DNA of 64,000 nucleotides from assembly GCF_009914755.1 (NCBI RefSeq), contig NC_060943.1. One strand, given 5' to 3'. The notes under the pieces are model-generated. The model searched no databases. It had not been told where the DNA came from and saw only the letters and a list, made by a program, of their open reading frames with translations. How positions within the stretch are numbered: position 1 is the stretch's first letter; the number at the start of each line of letters is the position of its first letter. The position numbers and the translations under genes were made by a program. This DNA comes from the human T2T-CHM13v2.0 reference genome, Homo sapiens. This document shows positions 54,601 through 64,000 of this stretch, piece after piece.

Positions 54601-57600
54601 GAAACCACTTTGTGATGTATGCATTCTTCTCACAGAGTTAAACATTCCTTTTGATGGAGCAGTTCGGAAATACTGTTTTTGAAGAATCTGAGAAGGGATA
54701 TTTCGGAGTGCTTTGCAGCCTATGTTGAAAAAGCAAATTTCTTCAGATGAAAAGTAGAAAGAAGCTTTCTGAGAAACTGTCATCTTGGGAATGAGTGCAA
54801 TCATCTCACAGAGTTAGACCTTTTTATTGATTGAGCAGTTTGGCAACAATCTGCAGTTTTAGGCAATCTGCAGAGGGATATTTGGGATCGCTTTGAGGCC
54901 TATGCTGAAAAAGGAAGTGTCTTTAGAAAACAACTAGAAAGAAACTGTCTGAGAAACTGCTTTGTGATGATTGCATTCATCTCCCAGAGTTAAACCTTTC
55001 TTTCAACTGAGCCGTTTTGAAACACTGTTTATGTGGAATCTGCGATGGGACATTTTGGAGCGCTTGTGGCCTGTGGTGAAAAAGGAAATATATTCAGATA
55101 AAAACTAGAAAGAAGGTTCCTGAGAAACAGTTTTGTGATGACTGCATTCATCTCACAGAGTTAAACTTTCCTTTGATTGGGCTGTTTGGCAACACTGTTT
55201 TTGTAGAACCTGAGAAGGGATATTTGGGACGATTTGAGACATATGGTGAAAAAAGAAACATCTTCAGATAAAAAATAGAAAAAAAGATTTCCGGGAAACT
55301 GCTTTGCAATATGTACATTCACCTCACAGAGTTAAGCCTTTCTTTTGAATGAGCAGTTGGGAAACACTGGTTTTATAGAATCTCTGAAGGGATATTTGGG
55401 AGCACTTTGAAGCCTATGGTGAAAAAGTAATTATCTTCAGAAAAAAACTAAAAAGAAGCTTTCTGAGAAACTGTTTTGTGATGACTACATTTTTCTCAGA
55501 GAGTTAAACCTTTCTTTTGATTGAGCAATTTGGAAACAATGTTTTTGTAGAATCTGCAAAGGGATATTTTGGAGCTCTTTCATGCCAATGGTGAAAAAGG
55601 AAACATCTTCAGATAAAAAGTAGAAAGAAGTTTTCTGAGAATCTACTTTGAGATGAGTGCATTCATCACACAGAGTTAAATCTTTCTTTGATTGAGCAGT
55701 TTGGCAACAGTGTTTTTGTAGAATCTAAGGGATATTTGAGAGCATTTTGAGGCCTATGGTGAAAAACAGAGTAGCTTCAGATAAAAACTAGAAAGAAGCT
55801 TTCTGGGAAACTGCTCTGTGATGTGTGCATTCATCTCATAGAATTAAATCCTTCTCTTAATTGAGCAGTGTGGAAACACTTTTTTGTAGAATCTGTGAAG
55901 AGACATTTCAGACTGCATTGAGGCCTATGGTGAAAAAGGAAAACTAGAAAGAAGCTTTCTTAGACACAACTTTGTGATATGAACATTCTTCTCACAGCAT
56001 TAAACTTTTCTTTTGACTGAGCATATTGGAAACACTGTTTTTACAGAATCCACGAAGAGATATTTGGGAGCACATTGAGGCCTAAGGTGAAAAAGGAAAT
56101 GTCTCAGATACAAACTAGAAAGACGCTTTCTAAGAAACTGTTTATTGATGTGTGCATTCATCTCACAGAGTTAAACCTTTCCTTTGATTGACGAGTTTGG
56201 CAACACTGGCTTTATAGAATCTGCGAAGGGATATTTGAGAGTGCTTTGAGGCCTATGGTGAAAAATGAAATATCTTCACAGAAAACTAGAAAGAAGCTTT
56301 CAGAGAAACTGCTTTGGAATGAGTGCATTCATCTCACAGAATTAAACCTTTCCTTTCATTGAACAGTTTGGCAACACTGACTTTATAGATTCGGCAAAGG
56401 GATGTTTGGGAGCACTTTGAGGCCTATGGTGGAAAAGGAAATATCTTCAGAAAGAAGCTGTCTGAGAAACTGCCTTGTGATGAGAGCATTCATCTCAAAG
56501 AGTTAAACCTTTCTTTTGATTGAGCAGTTTGGAAACACTGTGTTGGTAGTATCTGCAAGGGGACATTTTGGAGTGCTTTAAGTCCTATGATGAAAAATGA
56601 AATATCTTCAGATATATAATAGAAAGAAGCTTTCTCAGAAACCGTTTTGTGATGTGTCTATTCTTCTCACATAGTTAAACCCTTTTTTTGATTGAGCAGT
56701 TTGGAAACACTGTATTGGAAATATCTGTGAAGGGATATTTGGGAGTGCTTTGAGGCCTATGGTGAAAAAGGAAATATCTTCAGATAAAAAATAGGAAGAA
56801 ACTTTCTGAGAAACTGCTTTGTGATTAATTCATTCATCTCACAGAGTTAAACCTTTCTTTGGATTGAGCAGTTTGGCAACAGTGTTTTTCTAGAATCTAA
56901 GAAGGGATATTTTGGGATGCTTTGAGGCTTCTGGTGAATAACGAAATATCTTCAGATAAAAACTAGAAAGAAGCTTTCTGAGAAACTGCTTTGTGATGAG
57001 TGCATTCTTTTCATGGAATTAAACCTTTCTTTTGATTGACCAGATTGGAAACATTGTTTTTGTAGAATCTGCAAAGGAATATTTGGGAGCTCTTTTAGGT
57101 CAATGGTGAAAAAGGAAATATCTTCAGATAAAAAGTAGAAAGAAGCTTTCTCAGAAACTGCTTTGAGATAAGAGCATTCTTCACCCAGAGTTAAACCTTT
57201 CTTTGATTGATCAGTTTGGCAACAGTGTTTTTGTAAAATCTGAGAAGGGATATTTGGGGGCACTTTCAGGCCTATGGTGAAAAACGAAATATCTGCAGAT
57301 AAAAACTGGAAAGAAACATTCTGTGAAGCTGCTTTGTGAAGTGTGCATTCATCTCACAGAGTTAAACCTTTCTTTTGATTGAGCAGTGTGGAAACATTGT
57401 TTTGGTAGAATTTGTGAAAAGATATTTCGGAGCGCATTGAGGCTTAGGGTGAAAAAGGAAATGTCTTCAGATAAAAACTAGAAAGAAGGTTTCTTAGAAA
57501 GCACTTTGTGACATGTGCATTCTTCTCACAGTGTTAATCTTTTCTTTTGATTGAGCAGATTGAAAACACTGTATTTGAAGTATCTGTGAAGAGATATTTG

Positions 57601-60600
57601 GGAGCATATTGAGGCCTATGATGAAAAAGGAAATATCTTCAGATACAAACTAGAAAGAGGCTTTCTCAGAAACATTTTTGTGACGTGTGCATTCATCTCA
57701 CAGAGTTAAACCTTTCTTTTAATTGAGGAGTGTGGAAATATTTTTGTGTTGAATATGAGAAGAGAAATTTTGGAGTGCTTTTAGGCCTATGGTGAAAAAG
57801 GAAATATCTTCAAATGCAAACTAGAAAGTAGCTTTCTGAGAAACTGCTTTGGAATGAGAGCATTCATCTCATAGAGTTAAACATTTCTTTTGACTGAGCA
57901 GTTTGGCAACACTGGCTTTATAGTATCTGCAAACGGATATTTTGGAGTGCTTTGAGGTCTAAGGAGAAAAAGGGAATGTCTTCAGAAAAAACTAGAAACA
58001 GCTTTTGGAGAAACTGCTTTTTGAAGTGTGCATTAATCACACAGAATGAAACCTTAATTTGATTGAGTAGTTTGGGAAAAGTGTTTTCACAGAATCTGTG
58101 AAAGGGTATTTGGGAGAGACTAGGGTGAAAAAGGAACTACATTCACAGAAAAACTAGAAAGAAGCCTTCTGAGAAACTGCTTTGTGATGTGTACATACAT
58201 CTCACAGAGTTAAACCTCTCTTTTGATTAAGCAGTTTGTCCACAGTGTGTTTTTAGAATCTGAGAAGGGACAGTAGGAGGCACTTTGAGGCCTATGATGA
58301 AAAATGGAATATCTTCAGATAAAAAATAGAAAGAAGCTTTCTGAGAAACTCCTTGGAATGAGTCCATTCGTCTCACACAGTTAAACGTTTCTTTTGATTG
58401 AGCAGTTTGGCAACACTGGTTTTAAAGAATCTGTGAAGGGATATTTGGGAGCGCTTTGAGGCCTATGGTGAAAAAGAAAATATCTTCAGAAAAAAGTAGA
58501 AAGAAACGTTCTCTGAAACTGCTTTGTGATGAGTGCATTGTTTTCACAGAGTTAAACCTTTCTTTTGATTGAGCAGTTTGGAAACACTGTTTTTGTAGAA
58601 TCTTCGAAGGTACATTTTGGAGCACATTGAGGCCTATGGTGAGAAAGGAAATATCTTCAGAGAAAAACTAGAAAGAAGCTTTCTCAGAAACCGTTTTGTG
58701 ATGTGTTCATTCTTCTCACAGAGTTAAACTTATCATTTGATTGAGCAGTTTGCAAACACTTTGTATAATATTCAAAGGGACTTTTTGGAGCTCATTGAGG
58801 CCTACAGAGAAAAAGGAAGTATTTTCAGAGAAAAAATAGAAGCTTTCTGAGAAACTGCTTTGTGATGTGTGCAATCTTCTAACAGAGATAATCTTTCCTT
58901 TTGATTGAGCAGTCTGGAAACACTGCTTTTGTAGAATCTTCAAAGAGACATATGGGAGCGTTTTGAGGCTTACAGCGAAAAAGGAACTATCTTCTTAGAA
59001 ATATTAGAAAGAAGCTCTCTGAGAAACAGCTTTGTGATGTGTGCATTCATCTCACAGAGTTAAAACTTTCTTTTGATTGAGCAGTTTGGAAACACTGTTT
59101 TGGTAGAATGTACGAAGGGATATTTGGGAACCCTTTCAGGCCTATGGTGAAAAAGGCAATTTCTTCTAATAAAAACTAGAAAGAAATTTTCTGAGAAACT
59201 GCTTTGTGGTAAGTACATTCATCTCACAGAGTTAAACCTTTCTTTCTTTTGATTGATCAGTTTGGCAACAGTGTTTTTATAGAATCTGTGAAGGGATATT
59301 TGGGAGGCCTTTGAGGCCTATGGTGAAAAATGAAATATCTTCAGATAAGAAATAGAAAGAAGCTTTCTGGGAAACTGCATTGTGATGTCTGCATTCATCT
59401 CACAGACTTAAACCTTTCTTTTGATGAGCAGTGTGGAAACACGTTTTGATAGAAACTGCAAAGAGATATTTTGGAACACTTTTAGGCCTATTGTGAAAAA
59501 GGCAATAACTTCAGAGAAAAACTAGCAAGAAGCTTTCTCAGAAACCGTTGTGTGATGTCTGCATTCAGCTCAGAGTGTTAAACCCTTCCTTTCTTTGAGC
59601 AGTTTGGAAACACTATTTAGTTAGAATCTGTGAAGGGATATTTGGAAATGCATTGTGGTATATAGTGAAAAAGGAAATATCTTCGGATAATAACTAGAAG
59701 TCAGTTTTTTCTGTAACTGCTTTGTGATAAGTGCATTTATCTCACAGAGTTAAACCTTTCTGTTGACTAAGCACTTTGGAAACACTGTTTTGGTAGAATC
59801 TGTGAAGGGATAGTTGGAAGTGCATTGTGGCCTGTGGTGAAAAAGGAAATATCTTCAGATCATAACTATAAAGAAGCTTTCTGGGAAACTGCTTTGTGAT
59901 GAGTGCATTCATCTCACAGAGTTAAACATTTCTATTCATTGAGAAGTTTGGTAACAGTGTTTTGTAGAATCAGAGAAGGGATATTTAGAAGCACTTTGAG
60001 GCATATGGTAAAAAACAAAATATCTAAAGATAGAAACTAGAAATAAGCTTTCTCAGAAATGGTTTTGTGATGTGAGCATTCATCTCACAGGGTTAAACCT
60101 TTCTTTGGTTGAGCAGCTTGGAAACACTGTTTTGGTAGGTTCTGTGAAGGGATATTTGGGAGTGCTTCCATGGTTATGGTGAAAAAGAAAATATCATCAG
60201 ATAAAAACTAGAAAGAAGCTTTCTGAGAAACTGTTCTGTGATGAGTACACTCTTCACAGAGTTAAACCTTTCTTTTGATTGAGCAGTTTGCCAAAAGTGT
60301 TTCTGTGGAATCTGAGAAGGAATATTTTGGAGCCCTTTGAGGCCTATGGTGAAAAATGAAATATCTTCAGATAAAAACTAGAAAGAAGGTTTCTGGGAAA
60401 CTGCTTTGTGATGTGTGCATTCATCTCAAAGAGTTAAACTTTTCTTTTAATTGAGCAGTGTGGAAACACTGTTTTTGTGGAATCTGTGAGGAGTTATTTT
60501 GGAGTGCATTGAGGCCTATGGTGAAAAACGAAGTATCTTCCAAGAAAAACTAGAAAGAAGCTTTCTCAGAAACCGTTTTGTGATGTGTGCATTCTTCTCA

Positions 60601-63600
60601 CAGAGCTAAACTTTTCTTTTGATTGAGCAGATTGGAAAACTTTTTTTTTTTAGAATCTGAGAAGGGTTATATGAGAGTGCATTGAGGCCTACGGTGAAAA
60701 AGGAAATATCTTCAGAGTAAAACTAGAAAGAATCTTTCTAACATCCTGCTTTGTGAGATGTGCATTCATCTAACAAAGTTAAAACTTTCTTTTGATTGAG
60801 CAGTCTGGAAACACTGTTTTGTGCAATCTTCCAAGGGATATGAGGGAGCACATTGAGGACTATGATGAAAAAGGAAATATCTTCAGATAACAAATCGAAA
60901 GAAGCAGTCTGGGAAACTGCTTTGTGATGAGAGCATTCATCTCACTGAGTTAATCCTTTCTTTTGATTGAGCAGTGTGGAAACACTGTTTTTGAAGAATC
61001 TACGAAGAGATGTTTGGGGGAACATTGAGGCCTATAGTGAAAAAGGAAATATCCTCAGATAAAAACTAGAAAGAAGCTTTCTCAGAAATGGCTTTATGAT
61101 GTGTGCATTCTTCTCACAGATTTAAACTTTTCTTTTGATTTAGCAGTTTGGAAACACTGTTTTTGTAGAATGTGAGAAGAGATATTTTGGAGCACTTTGA
61201 GGCCTAAGGTGAAAAAGGAAATCTCTTCAGATGAAAATTAGAAAGAAGCTTTCTGAGAAACTGCCTTGGGGTCATTTCATTTATCTAACAGAGTTAAACC
61301 ATACTTTTGATTGAGCAGTTTGGCAACACTTGTTTTATAGAATCTGCAAAGGATATTTGAGAGTGCATTTAGCCCTATGGTGAAAAAGGAAATATCTTCA
61401 GATAAAAACTAGAAAGAAGTTTTCTGGGAAACAGCTTTGTGTTGTGTGCATTCATCTCTCAGAGTTAAAAATTTCTTGTTATTGAGCAGTATTGAAATAT
61501 TGAAACACTGTTTTGGAAGTATCTGTGAAGGTATATTTTTGAGTGCATTGAGGACTATGGTAAGAAAGGAACTACCTTCAGATAAAAACTAAAAGAAGGT
61601 TTCTCAGAAACCACTTTGTGATGTGTGCTCTGTTCTCAAAGAGTTAAACCTTATTTTTGATTGAGCGTTTGAAAACACTGTTTTGGTTGAATGTGTTAAG
61701 GGATATTTCGGTGTGCTTTGAGGCCTATGGTGAAAAAGGAAATATCTTCAGATAAAAATTAGAAAGAATCTTTCTAGGAAACTGCTTTGTCATGTGTGCC
61801 TTCATTTCACAGAGTTAAACCTTTCTTTTGATCAAGCAGTTTGGAGACCCTGTTTTTGTAAAATCTGCAGAGGTGTATTTGGGAGCAATTTGAGGCCTAT
61901 GGTGAAAAAGTAAATATCTTCAGATAAAAACCGTTTTGTGATGTGTGCATTCTTCTCACAGAGTTAAATCTTTCTTTTCATTGAGCAGTTTGGAAATACT
62001 GTTTATTTTAGATTCTATGAAGAGATGTATGGGAGTACTTTGAGGCCTATGGTGAAGAAGGAAATGTCATCAGAGAAAAACTAGAAAGAAGCTTTCTGAG
62101 AAACTACTTTCTGATGTGTGAATTCATCCTGCACAGGTAAATTTTTCTTTTCATTGAGCAGTTTGGAAACACGGTTTTGGTAGAATCTGTGAAGGGATAT
62201 TTGGAAGCGCATTGTGGCTTATGGTGAAAAAGGAAATATCTTCATATAAAAACTGGAAAGAAGCTTTCCAGGAAACTGCTTTGTGATGAGTGCATTCAAC
62301 TCACAGAGTTCAACATTTATTTTCATTGAGCAATTTGGGAACAGTGTTTTTGTAGAATCTGAGAAGGGATATGTGGAAGTACTTTGAGGCATATGGTGAA
62401 AAATGAAATATCTTCAGATAAAATCTAGAAAGAAGCTTTCTCAGAAACTGCTTTGTGATGTGAGAATTCATCCCACAGTGTTAAACCTTTCCTTTGATTA
62501 AGCAGTTTGGAAGCCCTGTTTTGGTAGAATCTGCGAAGGGATATTTTGGAGCACTTTCTGGCCTATGGTGAAAAAGGAAATATCTTCAGATAAAAACTAG
62601 AAAGACACTTTCAGAGAAACTGCTTTGTGATGTGTACACTCCTCTCACACAGCTAAATCATTCTTTTGATTGAGCAGTTTGGCAACAGTGTTTTTATAGA
62701 ATCTGCAAAGGGATATTTGGGAGTGATTTGAGGCCTATGGTAAAAAACAAAATATTTTCACATAAGAACCAGAAGGAATGTTTCTCAGAAACTGCTTTGT
62801 GAGGCATGCATTCATGTCACAGAGTTAAACCTTTCTATTAATTGAGCAGTGTAGAAACACTGGTTTTATAGAATCTGTGAAGAGATATTTGGGAGGGCAT
62901 TGAGGTCTATGGTGAAAAACGAAGTATCTTCTGAGAAAAATTAGAAAAACGCTTTCTCAGAAACCGCTTTGTGATGTGTGCATTCTTCTAACACAGTTAA
63001 ACTTTCTTTTGATTGAGCAGATTGGAAACTCAGTTTTTGTAGAATGTGAGAATGTATATATGAGAGCACCTTGAGTCCTAGGGTGAAAAATAAACTATCT
63101 TCAGAGTAAAACTAGAGGGAAATTTTCTGACATCCTGCTTTGTGATGTGTGCATTCATCTCACAGAGTTAAAACTTCCTTTTGATTGAGCAGTCTGAAAA
63201 TACTATTTTTGTACAATCTGGGAAGGGCTATTTGGAAGTGCATTGAGACCTATGGTGAAAAAGGAAGTATCTTCAGATAAAAACTAGAAAGAAGCTTTCT
63301 GATAAACTGCTTTGTGAAAAGAAAGCTCAAGCTTTCTTTTGCTTGAGCAGTTTGGAAACAATGTTTTGGCAGGATCTGCAAACAGATATTTGGAATTGCA
63401 TTGTGGGCTATGGTGAAAAAGGAAATATCTTCAGAGAAAAACTGGAAAGAAACTTTCTGGGAAACTGCTTTGTTATGTGTGCATTCATCTCTCTGTGTTA
63501 AAACTTCATTTTTATTGAGCAGCTTTGCAACACTGTTTTTGTAGAATCTGAGAAGGGATATTTTGAGTGCTTTGAGGCCAATGGTGAAAAAGGAAATAAC

Positions 63601-64000
63601 TTCAGACAAATACTAGAAAGAAGCTTTCTCGGAAACTGCTGTGTGATGTGTGCATTCTTCTCACAGAGAGCTTAACCTCGCTTTTGATTGAGCAGTTTGG
63701 AAACACAGTTTTTGTAGAATCTGTGAAGAGATATTTGGAAACACCTCAAGGACTATGGTGAAATAGGAAGGAACTTCAGATAAAATTAGGAAGAAGAATT
63801 CTGAGAAACTGCTTTGTGAGGTGTACATTCATCAAATACAGTTAGAACTGTCTTTTGATTGAGCAGATTGTAAACACGGTTTTTATAGAATCTGCAAAGG
63901 TGTGTTTGGGAGTGCATTGAGGCCTATGGTGAAAAAGGAAATATCTTCAGATAAAAACTATACAGAAGCTTTCTGAGAATCTGCTTGATGATGAGTGCAT
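51651..64000 (+). repeat. Alpha satellite, monomeric 'gattGagcag' layer with relic multimers; runs off the window
   Basis: Units of about 171-172 bp with A-box. Recurrent variants ggCaacagtg, gatgAgtgc, gcagtGtgg and gcTttgagg. Confidence 0.93.

Overview
This is primate pericentromeric DNA, almost certainly human given an AluYa5. It contains no cellular gene, RNA gene or CRISPR array. About 52 kb is old, divergent, CENP-B-box-negative alpha satellite (171-172 bp monomers) in distinct layers: a reverse-oriented layer (582-8260), an inversion junction at about 8260, then alternating monomeric 'gattGagcag' and dimeric 'gattCagcag/gtccattc' layers. Embedded elements: (1) a MER11 (HERV-K HML-8) LTR end at 1-581; (2) a 5'-truncated L1PA4-6-like element (+, about 2076-3469) tail-to-tail with (3) an originally full-length L1PA3-like element (-, 3545-8106; 14-bp TSD; RT domain deleted in frame); (4) an AluYa5 at 34217-34509; (5) a rearranged HML-8 provirus remnant at 43071-48161 (gag-dUTPase-pro-RT/RNaseH plus LTR end). 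I cannot support a new protein-coding system here. The most unusual signals are structural: a 1.4-kb L1 inverted repeat whose arms end at nearly the same ORF2 position, templated patchwork insertions inside the provirus, a perfect 21-bp hairpin marking about every second monomer of the dimeric layer, and relics of ancient higher-order satellite duplications. Subfamily calls come from recalled diagnostic motifs, not from database searches.
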